A DNA stretch of 64,000 bases, from the NCBI GenBank assembly GCA_965219995.1, contig CBDCOX010000002.1, positions 352,001-416,000 on the forward strand, written 5' to 3'. This DNA is from Candidatus Latescibacterota bacterium. GTDB taxonomy: Bacteria; Latescibacterota; UBA2968; GCA-2709665. The notes beneath the pieces were generated by a model, which worked only from the letters and a program-made list of their open reading frames with translations, did not search any database and was not told the origin of the DNA. A program made the translations under genes and the position numbers. Numbering within the stretch: the stretch's first letter is position 1; every line of letters begins with the position of its first letter. Positions 53,375-63,138 of the stretch are shown one piece after another.

Positions 53375-55855
53375 ATGTCCGATTTGGAGCTCGACAGACT
53401 CACTGCTCAGATCGCGCGCGAGGAAGCACGGCTAAGAGAGATCGAGGCCGAACAGGCCGCCACCAGGCAGCGCGTGAAGACACTATCGGCGAAGCTCGAC
53501 ATGCTGCAGCAGTCGGTTTCGGGTGCCCCCCCGGTCTCGCTGCGAACAAACGCCCAGAAGGTCTCCCTCTTCCGGTCTCTATTCAGGGGCCGGGCCGATG
53601 TGTTCCCCAGGCACTGGCAGAACCCGAAAAAGCAAACCACGGGCTACGCCCCGGCGTGCGCCAACGAATGGGTGCGGGGGGTCTGTGATAAACCACGCGT
53701 CAAGTGTGGCGAGTGTCCCAATCAGGCCTTCATCGCAGTTACGGATCAGGTAATCATCGATCACCTCAGAGGTCGTCACATTGCGGGCGTGTATCCGCTG
53801 CTGGAAGACGAGACGTGCTATTTCCTCGCTCTCGACTTCGACAAGGCGAAGTGGAAGAGTGACGTGGCCGCATTCCGAAACACCTGTAAGCATTTCGGAC
53901 TGAATGCGGCAGTGGAGCGATCTCGATCCGGCAAGGGGGCCCACGTGTGGTTCTTCTTTGCCGAGCCGGTTCCCGCGAGCGAGGCCCGCAAACTGGGATG
54001 CTACCTGATCACCGAGACGATGGCGCAACGGAACGAGCTTCCGATGAGTTCGTACGACCGTCTGTTTCCAAGCCAGGACACGATGCCGCGAGGTGGATTT
54101 GGCAATCTGATCGCCCTGCCGTTGCAGTACGAGGCCAGGCAGCAGGACAATACCGTGTTCGTCAATGAGTCACGGGACCCTTACCACGACCAATGGGCGT
54201 TCCTGGCGGACATTCCCAGGATCGACCGATCTCAAGTGAAGGAGCTGGCTGGAGACGCGGTAGAGCGAGGAAAGGTTGTCGGCGTTCCTATCGTGCAGGA
54301 AACCAAGGGAACAGGAAGTCAACTCAAGTTTGAGGAGTCTTCAAGGAAGACAATCGCTATAGACGGAACGCTTCCTCCTCGTGTGCATGCTGTTCTCGGA
54401 GCGGACGTCGTGGTGGACGTAAGCGGATTGCCACCGGAGTTGATCGATCAGGTCAAACGGCTCGCCGCTTTTGAGAATCCGGAGTTCTACAAGAAGCAGG
54501 CAATGCGTCTGTCTACAGCGCTGACGCCGCGCGTAATCAGCTGTGCCGACGTGGCAGGCAACCGGGTCGGCTTGCCCCGAGGTTGCCTGCCCGCACTTGA
54601 GGATTTGATCGATAAGCACGATATCGAATTAGTAATCGATGATCAAAGATTGGATGGCGAGGCAATTGGTGTTGAGTTTCGCGGTGAGTTGACCGCGCTG
54701 CAACAGCAGGCGGTTCGTGCATTGCTCGACCACGATATCGGTGTCTTCGTGGCTCCCCCTGGCAGTGGTAAGACGGTTTTGGGCACGCGCCTGGTAGCCG
54801 CACGTGGACGCAGCACGCTCATCCTTGTGCACCGTACACAGCTCATAGACCAGTGGCGAACTCAACTGTCAGTTTTCCTCGATTTGAATCCGCGTGAGAT
54901 CGGGCAGATCGGCGGAGGCAGGCGAAGAACCACGGGAATTGTCGACGTCGGCATGCTGCAGAGCCTCGTGCGACGCGACAGGGAGCCCCTGTCGGGGTAC
55001 GGACACGTGATCGTGGACGAATGTCATCATGTCCCCGCCGTCTCTTTTGAAAAGGTAATGAGGAAGGTGCAGGCACGGCATATAACCGGGCTCACTGCAA
55101 CACCTCAGCGACGGGACGGTCATCATCCAATCCTGCACTTCCAACTCGGCCCGGTCCGCTTCTCGGTCGATTCCAGGCACGCGAAGGCCGCGCAGCGAAT
55201 GGAACATCAGGTCATCCAGAGAAAGACAGCCTTTCGGCTTCAGGACGAGTCGTCTGGATCCAGCATCCAGGAGGTCTACTTGAAACTCGCAAACGACCGA
55301 AGTCGCAACGAGATGATCCTGGACGATGTCATTGGCGCCCTCGAGGAACGCAGGTCTCCCATTCTGTTAACGGAACGCAGAGACCATCTCGACTACTTCG
55401 CCGGCCAACTGGACAGCGTCGCTCGGCACCTGGTGGTACTCAGGGGAGGAATGGGTGTGAGGCAGCGGGAGGAGGTCCGTAAGCAACTGAAGGACATTCC
55501 TGACAACGAGGAACGTCTCATCCTGGCAACTGGCCGCTTTATCGGTGAAGGCTTCGATGATTCCAGACTCGACACGTTATTCCTTGCTATGCCGATCTCC
55601 TGGAGAGGCACCCTTGTGCAATACGCGGGGCGGCTTCATCGCAGGCACCCGTCCAAGTCCGAGGTTCGCATATACGACTACGTGGACGCCGATGTGCCGT
55701 TGCTCGCAAAGATGTTTCAAAAACGACGAAAGGGATACCGGGCTATGGGCTATGATTTGCGCAAGCCGGACAACGACGAGAGTGTTCGAGGGGGCGACTA
55801 CGTTGTTGAATATGATCAGGACATCCTGCAAAGTCTCGGACGTGAGACGTTTTAA
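53375..55855 (+). CDS. Archaeo-eukaryotic primase-like (TOTE-type) domain fused to SF2 (ResIII-like) helicase
   Basis: LFRGR.DV, Cys cluster, LALDFD, ERSRSGKGAHVW, GFGNLIALPL; helicase APPGSGKT, DECH, LTAT, QYAGRLHR. Confidence 0.85.
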   Translation: MSDLELDRLTAQIAREEARLREIEAEQAATRQRVKTLSAKLDMLQQSVSGAPPVSLRTNAQKVSLFRSLFRGRADVFPRHWQNPKKQTTGYAPACANEWVRGVCDKPRVKCGECPNQAFIAVTDQVIIDHLRGRHIAGVYPLLEDETCYFLALDFDKAKWKSDVAAFRNTCKHFGLNAAVERSRSGKGAHVWFFFAEPVPASEARKLGCYLITETMAQRNELPMSSYDRLFPSQDTMPRGGFGNLIALPLQYEARQQDNTVFVNESRDPYHDQWAFLADIPRIDRSQVKELAGDAVERGKVVGVPIVQETKGTGSQLKFEESSRKTIAIDGTLPPRVHAVLGADVVVDVSGLPPELIDQVKRLAAFENPEFYKKQAMRLSTALTPRVISCADVAGNRVGLPRGCLPALEDLIDKHDIELVIDDQRLDGEAIGVEFRGELTALQQQAVRALLDHDIGVFVAPPGSGKTVLGTRLVAARGRSTLILVHRTQLIDQWRTQLSVFLDLNPREIGQIGGGRRRTTGIVDVGMLQSLVRRDREPLSGYGHVIVDECHHVPAVSFEKVMRKVQARHITGLTATPQRRDGHHPILHFQLGPVRFSVDSRHAKAAQRMEHQVIQRKTAFRLQDESSGSSIQEVYLKLANDRSRNEMILDDVIGALEERRSPILLTERRDHLDYFAGQLDSVARHLVVLRGGMGVRQREEVRKQLKDIPDNEERLILATGRFIGEGFDDSRLDTLFLAMPISWRGTLVQYAGRLHRRHPSKSEVRIYDYVDADVPLLAKMFQKRRKGYRAMGYDLRKPDNDESVRGGDYVVEYDQDILQSLGRETF

Positions 55856-55968
55856 TTTGAAAGAGACAGCAGTCGCAAAATGCGGTGGACTCTGTTCGGG
55901 GCTAATTCTGTGCGACGCTAATTCGGATATGGTCATCAACGGGGAAATTCCAATCGGAACGAAAACTG

Positions 55969-56463
55969 ATGGAAATCAATAAAAAAACGGTGTATATCGA
56001 GACATCGATCGTGTCATACTTGACGGCTCGACCTACGAGGGATCTGCTGGCGTCTGCCTGGAAAATGATCACGGTTGAGTGGTGGTCGACACAGAGTAAC
56101 CGATTCAACCTCTACACCTCTGATGTTGCACTTGAAGAGGCTGGAAAGGGAAACCCAGAAGCGGCGGCACGACGTCTTGAAGCTTTATCCGGCATTCCCA
56201 TATTGCCCATAACGAGAAGCGTCGTCGCGTTGTCCAAAGTTCTTCTCCAGGGTCGAGCCCTGCCCGCCGGGGCCCTGGACGATGCCCTGCATATTGCCGT
56301 ATCCGCAGTGCACGGCATCGATTATCTTCTGACCTGGAACTGTCGGCATCTTGATAATGCCGAAACCAAACCCATCGTGCGCAGCATTTGCAGCATACAC
56401 GAGCATATCAGTCCCGAAATATGCACCCCTCAAGAACTTATGGGAGTAGCTGAAGATGTCTGA
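55969..56463 (+). CDS. PIN-domain (VapC-like) protein
   Basis: VYIETSIVSYL, DDALHIA, YLLTWNCRH, ICTPQEL. Confidence 0.88.
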   Translation: MEINKKTVYIETSIVSYLTARPTRDLLASAWKMITVEWWSTQSNRFNLYTSDVALEEAGKGNPEAAARRLEALSGIPILPITRSVVALSKVLLQGRALPAGALDDALHIAVSAVHGIDYLLTWNCRHLDNAETKPIVRSICSIHEHISPEICTPQELMGVAEDV

Positions 56464-56653
56464 CCAAATCATCAAGGAACTCTGGCAGATCAAAGACAGC
56501 ATCGCCCGGGAACATGACTATGATATCGAGTCCCTGGTTGCCCATCTCAAAACCAGACATCGGTCGGCGGGTCGGCAAGTTGTGGATCTGAGCGCCCTGA
56601 GGCGGACCGCCGACCAAGGTGGTCCAGGAGCGGCAGACAAGCCGCGCCAATGA
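56456..56653 (+). CDS. Small partner protein of the PIN toxin (putative antitoxin)
   Basis: Overlaps PIN stop; GGAG RBS; D.II.ELW.IKD.IA.EH.YD pattern typical of these partners. Confidence 0.7.
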   Translation: MSDQIIKELWQIKDSIAREHDYDIESLVAHLKTRHRSAGRQVVDLSALRRTADQGGPGAADKPRQ

Positions 56654-56667
56654 TATAGACCGCCTGA

Positions 56668-56777
56668 ACATTCCATCCGGATCGGCCATTGCCGGCCCTT
56701 CGACCCTTCGACAGGCTCAGGGACCGCAAGCTCAGGGATCGGCTCGGTTTCTGCGACTCCCCTCAAGGGGGAGTGAT
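56668..56777 (-). repeat. REP-like composite palindromic element with nested unit
   Basis: Reverse complement CTCCCCCTTGAGGGGGAGTCGCAGAAACCGAGCCG.TCCCTGAGCTTG[CGGTCCCTGAGCCTGTCGAAGGG]TCGAAGGG; homologue of 43306-43397. Confidence 0.75.
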
Positions 56778-56866
56778 AAAACCGTTTAACGGGTGCGCGA
56801 TTTCACTTGCGACTATTTGGTTGCAGCTGAGCAAAGAGAAGCCGCGCCAGGTTTGATTTACAAAAC

Positions 56867-58141
56867 ATGCCCCTTCTCCGCTTTATACATGCCGCTGATC
56901 TGCATCTGGACAGCCCCTTCATCGGGGTAAAGGCCGTCGCTCCGGAGAACGTAGCGAGCGCGCTGCGGGAAGCGACGTTCAGCGCCTACGAGAATATCAT
57001 CGACCTGTGCATCGACGAACAGGTCGACGCGCTGCTTGTCGCCGGAGATGTATACGACGCAGCAGATCGGAGTCTGCGCGCCCAGCTCAGGTTCGTGGAG
57101 GGCCTGAGACGGCTTGACGAGGCCGGTATCCGTTCCTTCATCTGCCACGGCAACCACGACCCGCTGGACGGCTGGGAAGCGCGCCTGGATTATCCGAAAA
57201 GCTGTACGCGCTTTCTGAAGGACGCTCAGGTAGTACCGATTTTCAACGAAGATCCGCGTTGCGGTGTCGTACATGGAATCAGTTATGCGACGGGCGACGT
57301 CGCCGAAAACCTCGTGCCGCAGCTGGGCAGGGGGGATCCTGAGACGTTTTCCATCGGACTGATTCACGCCAATGTCGGTAGTGACGCCAGACATGCGAAC
57401 TATTCGCCTTGCTCGCTCGACGATCTTGAACGGTCGGGAATAGACTACTGGGCGCTCGGACACGTGCATAACAGGCAGGTCCTCAGCGAACGGTCTCCAA
57501 CCGTGGTCTATCCGGGCAACCCCCAGGGCAGGCATCCGAACGAAGAAGGCGCACACGGCGTGTATCTCGTCGAAGTGGATGAGGGAAAGGACGTCAACCT
57601 GGGCTTCAAGGCCGTGGACACCGTACGATGGGCGCGGGCCGACCTGGACGCCTCCGGAACAGACACGGTACCGGATCTGATCGAAGCACTCCATCAGCGC
57701 ATCCAGGACGTGCTGGCTGAATCGGAGGGCCGGTCGGTCGTGCTGAGGATCAGACTGACGGGAAGGAGCGCCATACACGCTTCGTTGCGGAGGCCTGCTG
57801 TCGTAGAGGATCTGATGGGCGAGGTAAACCGTGAATGGGCCGATCGTTCACCGTTCGCCTGGTGTGAGCGCATCGAGGACGAGACAGCGGCGACGTTCAA
57901 TCGGGATGAGCACAAGAAGGGCTCCGACTTCCTGGCAGAAGTGCTCAAGACTGCCGACAGGTCGAAGGAAGACCAAGACTTGGTGGCCCGTCTTCGTGAA
58001 GGTCTTTCCGACCTCTATGAGCACAGCCGCTATCGCCAGTACCTGTCCGAACACGTTCCAAGCGACGGTGACCTCTCCGCGCTAGTCTATGAGGCTGAGG
58101 CAATCGTCGTAGACCAGCTTCGCGGAAAGGAAGGCGCATGA
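56867..58141 (+). CDS. Mre11/SbcD-like metallophosphoesterase exonuclease (YhaO family)
   Basis: HAADLHLDSPF, AGDVYD, GNHD, LIHAN, ALGHVH, YPGNPQGR. Confidence 0.92.
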   Translation: MPLLRFIHAADLHLDSPFIGVKAVAPENVASALREATFSAYENIIDLCIDEQVDALLVAGDVYDAADRSLRAQLRFVEGLRRLDEAGIRSFICHGNHDPLDGWEARLDYPKSCTRFLKDAQVVPIFNEDPRCGVVHGISYATGDVAENLVPQLGRGDPETFSIGLIHANVGSDARHANYSPCSLDDLERSGIDYWALGHVHNRQVLSERSPTVVYPGNPQGRHPNEEGAHGVYLVEVDEGKDVNLGFKAVDTVRWARADLDASGTDTVPDLIEALHQRIQDVLAESEGRSVVLRIRLTGRSAIHASLRRPAVVEDLMGEVNREWADRSPFAWCERIEDETAATFNRDEHKKGSDFLAEVLKTADRSKEDQDLVARLREGLSDLYEHSRYRQYLSEHVPSDGDLSALVYEAEAIVVDQLRGKEGA

Positions 58142-61100
58142 GAATCCGCGAATTATACATTGACGGTTTCGGGCGGTTCGCCGGCAGGCAATTCGGGCCC
58201 CTGGAACGACCCGTGACTGTCTTCTTCGGTCCGAACGAGGCGGGAAAAAGCACGTTGTTGGAATTCTTACGTAGAATGATGTACGGATATCCAGATGGAA
58301 GAAGCAGAGCAAATCAATACCCGCCCTTGATGGGGGGTAATCACGGAGGGCGCATTGCCGTTGAAGAAGGCGACGGTCGTCGGTACGACATTCGTCGAAC
58401 CGCCGGGAGCCGCGGTGGGACGCTGACGATTGCAGCAGTTTCCGGTGAATCCGTGGATGAAGCGACTCTTTCTCGATTACTGGGGTATAATTCCAGGGTC
58501 GTCTTCGAACAGGTGTTCGCGTTTACTCTTGAGGAATTGCACAGTAGTGAACTGTTGAATGATTCGAACGTCAACAGCCAGATCTACAGTGCTGGAATGG
58601 GTGTGACATCGCTGCCGAACGCGATCAGGAACATAGACACTGAGAAGGAGGCTATCTTCCTCAATCGAGGTAGAAGCAATCAGAAAACCTACGTCGTTTG
58701 CGGTGAAATCGACGAGATAGACAAAAGGCTGCAGGAAGATGCGGACAATGCGGCGAGATACGGAGAACGGACTGATCGCCTCAAGCAGGTCAAGGATGAG
58801 CTCGAAAGCCTCCGTGTCCGGCGACAAGAGATTCAGTCGCGGTACAATCATCAGGTAATGCTACAAAATGCCTGGGACGTCTGGATCGATTTTGTAACAG
58901 CGAGCAACAGGTTGCGCGAACTACCTGAGATCAACGAGTTTCCGAGAAACGGAGTTAGTGAGTTGGAGACGCTGGAAAAACTCGCAGCGACAGCCCGTGG
59001 AGAGTTGGAAGCGGCGAGACAGCGTCTGGTGGACACTCAGGAAAGGGCAACTCTCCAGATAGAGTTTGAATCAATACTCGAGCGGTCTTCCGAAGTACGT
59101 GATCTTGAGCGCCGCCGTAGCGCGTTTGATCAGTCGGTTAAGGACGTACCGGAACGACAGGCCGAACTCTCGGCCATGCGTCTTGATTTGAAGAATACAC
59201 TAGCCGATCTAGGTCAGGATTGGGACGTGGAAAGGCTTACCGGATTTGACCTGTCCATCGTTGTTCGCGAAGAAATCGCGAGTTTCGGAAATAGTCTCGG
59301 TGAAGCGCGAGAGGCCATGAACAGCGCAAATGCAGCCGTCGCAGCCGACCAAACCGCGCTGGAGGAAGCAGTTTTAGACCTCGAACACGCCAGGAACGAG
59401 TTCGACAACGCGCCTCCCGCCCGCCTTGAGAGAGATGAGATCCGCCAGAAACGCAGGCGAGTAGGTGCCGCCAGGGATACTCTGACTGAACTCTCCCGAA
59501 GTGAAGAGCGAGCCAGGGACCTGGGCGATCAGCTTGATGATGAATCGGACGGCGCCGCCTCACCGATCAGCCGTGATTGGAGCAAGATCACTCCTTCCGT
59601 CATCGGTGGGTCTGCTTTAATCGTCCTCGGGTTGCTCTTCGCCATCACCATCGACGGTTGGGGTTCCGTTGTCGGTATTTGCTCCGTCGTGCTTGGCGTT
59701 ACAATGATTGGTGCCGCCATTTACGTGTTCGCCCTTGGCAGGCCATTGAATCTACCCATTGAGTCGTCCATGGTAGTGCGAATCCGGCGGCAATTCAGAG
59801 AAGCGGAAGAACGCTCCGCCAAATTCCGAGAGGACCTCTCCGAACACGCATCGTTGCTTGGTATTAACACAATAGACTTGCACTCACTTGTAGAGATAGA
59901 AGAATCATTAAACGTCGAAGAATCGCGGATGAACGAGTTGGATCAATTAGCAACATCGCTGGACGAGATGAAGAAACGTGTGGTACGACGAGAGGCACGC
60001 TGTGATGATTCAAAACAGGCGCTGGACGGCGCCGAACGCACTTTCGAGACCGCTAAAGACGAATGGCGAACCTGGCTGAGAGAACGTGGCCTGATGGAGA
60101 CGTTCTCGCCAGAAAATATCGAAGTTTTGCGGGGCCTGGTAGATCTTGGGCGTTCTCATTACACCAAAGTTACTCAAATGGAAGACCGTATTGCCGCAAT
60201 CCATACCGATATTGAACAGTTCATTGATCTGGTCCATTCGCTTACTTCGGCGTATGGCTTCAAGTTTGACCCACAAGATTGGCCAGGGGTCGCGGTTACC
60301 GCCGACGAACTCATTGACTTGCACACGAGTGTCTTGGAAAAGGAACGCAAGCGAAAGGACTCCCAGGATGAGCTGGCTGGTGCGAAAAAAGAACTCGCCG
60401 GACGCAAAAAAAGCCTTGAGGAATTAGAACAGAAGTGGGAAGAATTGCTCAGCGCCGCGGGCGCACCGAGTCCGGATGAATTCAGGCGGACGGCCGATGT
60501 CTTCGCCGAGCAACAAGAGTTGGAGGCAAAGGTTGCCGGTGCGCTCGATCGACTTCGACGCCTCAGCGGTCCGGGAGGACCGCTGGAATTGCTAAGAGCG
60601 GAGCTGGAAGAGACCGATTTTCAGTCCATCGAAAACGAGATTACCCGGCTGGAGGCAGAACGGACCGACGTCGATGATCAACGTGAAACGCTGTCTGCCG
60701 AGCAGGGCGAAATCAGCAAGGAGCTGGATGGACTGATCGGCGACGAGGAGTCGTCACGGCTGCGGATGGAGCGAAACGTGCTCCTGGAGCAACTCAGGGA
60801 TCACGCACGTGACTGGACCCGGCTTACGCTCGCTCGCAACCTGCTCGACGAAGCGCGGCGTAAGTTCGAGCGCGAGCGCCAGCCTGGAGTCGTGCGTCAC
60901 GCTCAGGAATTCTTCACCGCGATCACCGATGGACGGTACCGACAGGTTTATGCTCCCCTTGGTGAACAGACGATAACGGTGGCGGACGCCAACGGGAATA
61001 CGAAGCAGCCGTCCGAGCTCAGCCGGGGCACCCGGGAGCAGTTGTTCCTGTCGCTCCGTTTCGGGCTGATCCGGGAACTGGGGCAGCGGACGGAGCCGCT

Positions 61101-61293
61101 CCCCGTCGTCGTGGACGAAGTCCTCGTCAACTTCGATCCGGACCGCGCGCTTCGCGCCGCCGTTGCCTTCACGGAGCTGTCCAAAACCAATCAGGTCCTG
61201 GTCTTTACCTGCCATCCGACGGTCGTCGATCTTTTCCTTAGCGCGACAGGTGAGTTGAACGTAGAGAAGCCCGACGTCGTGCAGATCATATAG
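58138..61293 (+). CDS. Rad50/SbcC-like ABC ATPase (YhaN family) with internal TM hairpin
   Basis: GPNEAGKST, long coiled coil, two hydrophobic helices at about 59590-59735, LSRGTREQL, VDEVLVNFD, FTCH; ATGA overlap with YhaO. Confidence 0.9.
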   Translation: MRIRELYIDGFGRFAGRQFGPLERPVTVFFGPNEAGKSTLLEFLRRMMYGYPDGRSRANQYPPLMGGNHGGRIAVEEGDGRRYDIRRTAGSRGGTLTIAAVSGESVDEATLSRLLGYNSRVVFEQVFAFTLEELHSSELLNDSNVNSQIYSAGMGVTSLPNAIRNIDTEKEAIFLNRGRSNQKTYVVCGEIDEIDKRLQEDADNAARYGERTDRLKQVKDELESLRVRRQEIQSRYNHQVMLQNAWDVWIDFVTASNRLRELPEINEFPRNGVSELETLEKLAATARGELEAARQRLVDTQERATLQIEFESILERSSEVRDLERRRSAFDQSVKDVPERQAELSAMRLDLKNTLADLGQDWDVERLTGFDLSIVVREEIASFGNSLGEAREAMNSANAAVAADQTALEEAVLDLEHARNEFDNAPPARLERDEIRQKRRRVGAARDTLTELSRSEERARDLGDQLDDESDGAASPISRDWSKITPSVIGGSALIVLGLLFAITIDGWGSVVGICSVVLGVTMIGAAIYVFALGRPLNLPIESSMVVRIRRQFREAEERSAKFREDLSEHASLLGINTIDLHSLVEIEESLNVEESRMNELDQLATSLDEMKKRVVRREARCDDSKQALDGAERTFETAKDEWRTWLRERGLMETFSPENIEVLRGLVDLGRSHYTKVTQMEDRIAAIHTDIEQFIDLVHSLTSAYGFKFDPQDWPGVAVTADELIDLHTSVLEKERKRKDSQDELAGAKKELAGRKKSLEELEQKWEELLSAAGAPSPDEFRRTADVFAEQQELEAKVAGALDRLRRLSGPGGPLELLRAELEETDFQSIENEITRLEAERTDVDDQRETLSAEQGEISKELDGLIGDEESSRLRMERNVLLEQLRDHARDWTRLTLARNLLDEARRKFERERQPGVVRHAQEFFTAITDGRYRQVYAPLGEQTITVADANGNTKQPSELSRGTREQLFLSLRFGLIRELGQRTEPLPVVVDEVLVNFDPDRALRAAVAFTELSKTNQVLVFTCHPTVVDLFLSATGELNVEKPDVVQII

Positions 61294-61333
61294 GTCACCT
61301 GCGACGCACCTGCGCCCTCCGATTCGCCCTTCT

Positions 61334-63124
61334 CTAGCCCTCATACCAACCCGCCTGAAGCGCCCACATCCGTGCGTACTCTCCGCTTCGCGCAACCAGT
61401 TCGTCGTGGGTTCCGGCTTCGATCAGCCGTCCTTCCTTGAGAACGAAAATCCGGTCGCACATCCGGGCCGAGCCAAGCCGGTGAGAGACCACGATCGTGG
61501 TGCGCCCGCCGGCGATGGCGAGAAAGCGGCGGAAGACGTCTGCCTCGGCCTTCGGGTCCAGAGAAGCCGTCGGTTCGTCGAGCACCACCAGGTCGGCGTC
61601 CCGCATGAATCCCCTTGAGATCGCGACCCGCTGCCACTCCCCGCCGGACAATTCCGTCCCGCCTTCGAACTCCCTGCCGAGAAGAGTCTCGTACCCTTCC
61701 GGGAGCCGGCCGGCGACGGTGTCCGCCCCGCCCCGGCGCGCCGCGCGGTCGATATCGGCCTGTTCGCGTATCTTCTCCCATCGGCCGAGCCCGATGTTCT
61801 CACCCAGGGTGAAGGCGAAACGGGTGTGGTCCTGGAAGACCGCTGTGCACCGCTTCCAGAAGAGATCCCTGTCCGTCCGTTCCTCCTGAAGGTCGCCGTA
61901 GCGCAGCTCGCCTTCCATCGGTCGGAACAGTCCCAGCAGGACCTTGACGAGGGTGGTCTTGCCCGAGCCGTTCTCGCCGACCAGGGCGACCTTCTCGCCG
62001 GGTCGGATAGCCAGGGTGACTTCGCTGAGTGCGTAACGCCTGGCCTGGGGATATCGGAAGGAGAGGTTCCGGACTTCAAGGGGCCGTCCCTCAAGCGATG
62101 CGATGGCGGCTTTCCCGGGCGGCTCTTCCGGGCCGAGGTCGAGGTAGAGGAACAGGTCGGCGATGTTCAACAATTGGATAGCAAGAAAGCTCATGCGGTT
62201 TACGAGGTGGTCGACGCCTGTACGTACCTGACGCAGGGCGACCAGCATTGCCGCGAACTGTCCGGCGGACAGCCCGCCCTGAAGCACTGCCCATGCGGAC
62301 CATCCGACTGCGCCGGCAAATGCCGAAAGGCTGACGGCGGACAGGCAACCACCGGTGGCGTGATGCCTGCGTCTCTGGCGGTACAGGGGGTCGGCGACCT
62401 GCCAGTAGAGGTGGTCCCACCACCTGACCAGGACGGACGCAATGCCGAAAACCCTCACCTCCTTGGCGCATTCCCTTTCGGTGAGGATACTCTCCAGATA
62501 TCCGCGCAGTCGGTCCTTCTGCGTCTGCCGGCGTTGCAGGTAGAACTCGTGCACGTTGTGGTAAAGGCCGGCCAGCGGCGGCGGCAACGAGACGAGGACG
62601 ATTGCCACGAGCAGGTACGGATCCCAGAACCCGACGACGACGCCCACGGAAACCGCGGTCAGCCCTCCGGTCAGGATCCGGTAGATCGCACCAAGAAGGT
62701 TCAAGAAGAAGCCGGGCGTCGCGGCCACCTGTGCGCGGCGCAGCAGGTCGTGGAAATCGGCCCGCTCGAACACATCCAGACGGAGAGACCGGGACTTGAT
62801 CTGGAGTTGCTCGAGAAGGCGGTCTTCCATCTCCTGCTTCAGCCGCTCCAGCAGGATGGTCCGCGACCACGTCCGGAGGCCGGTCTCGACGACGGTAACG
62901 GACGCCCAGCCCGCGAGCCACGGCAGCATCGAATCGACGGGTGCAATACCCTGGTAGACACCGACGGCGCGATCGAACAATTCCCTCACGATCCAGACCG
63001 TCGCGGCCGGCAGCAGGCCGGACGTGAACTCCAGAACCAGGGACGTAACTGCCCTCCATGGATCGGTGCGGATCATCCAGCCAAGAAACCGGATGAGGGT
63101 CCGGGGCCCGCGAGGACGCAGCAT
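61334..63124 (-). CDS. ABC exporter (TMD plus NBD)
   Basis: TM domain; GENGSGKTT, VFQD, LSGGEWQR, LDEPT, SHR. Confidence 0.92.
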   Translation of the reverse strand: MLRPRGPRTLIRFLGWMIRTDPWRAVTSLVLEFTSGLLPAATVWIVRELFDRAVGVYQGIAPVDSMLPWLAGWASVTVVETGLRTWSRTILLERLKQEMEDRLLEQLQIKSRSLRLDVFERADFHDLLRRAQVAATPGFFLNLLGAIYRILTGGLTAVSVGVVVGFWDPYLLVAIVLVSLPPPLAGLYHNVHEFYLQRRQTQKDRLRGYLESILTERECAKEVRVFGIASVLVRWWDHLYWQVADPLYRQRRRHHATGGCLSAVSLSAFAGAVGWSAWAVLQGGLSAGQFAAMLVALRQVRTGVDHLVNRMSFLAIQLLNIADLFLYLDLGPEEPPGKAAIASLEGRPLEVRNLSFRYPQARRYALSEVTLAIRPGEKVALVGENGSGKTTLVKVLLGLFRPMEGELRYGDLQEERTDRDLFWKRCTAVFQDHTRFAFTLGENIGLGRWEKIREQADIDRAARRGGADTVAGRLPEGYETLLGREFEGGTELSGGEWQRVAISRGFMRDADLVVLDEPTASLDPKAEADVFRRFLAIAGGRTTIVVSHRLGSARMCDRIFVLKEGRLIEAGTHDELVARSGEYARMWALQAGWYEG

Positions 63125-63138
63125 AATAGCATCGGTTT

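Noticed and set aside
50600-61300. Prophage or ICE call for the island
   Set aside because: No integrase, structural, terminase or conjugation genes and no flanking direct repeats found
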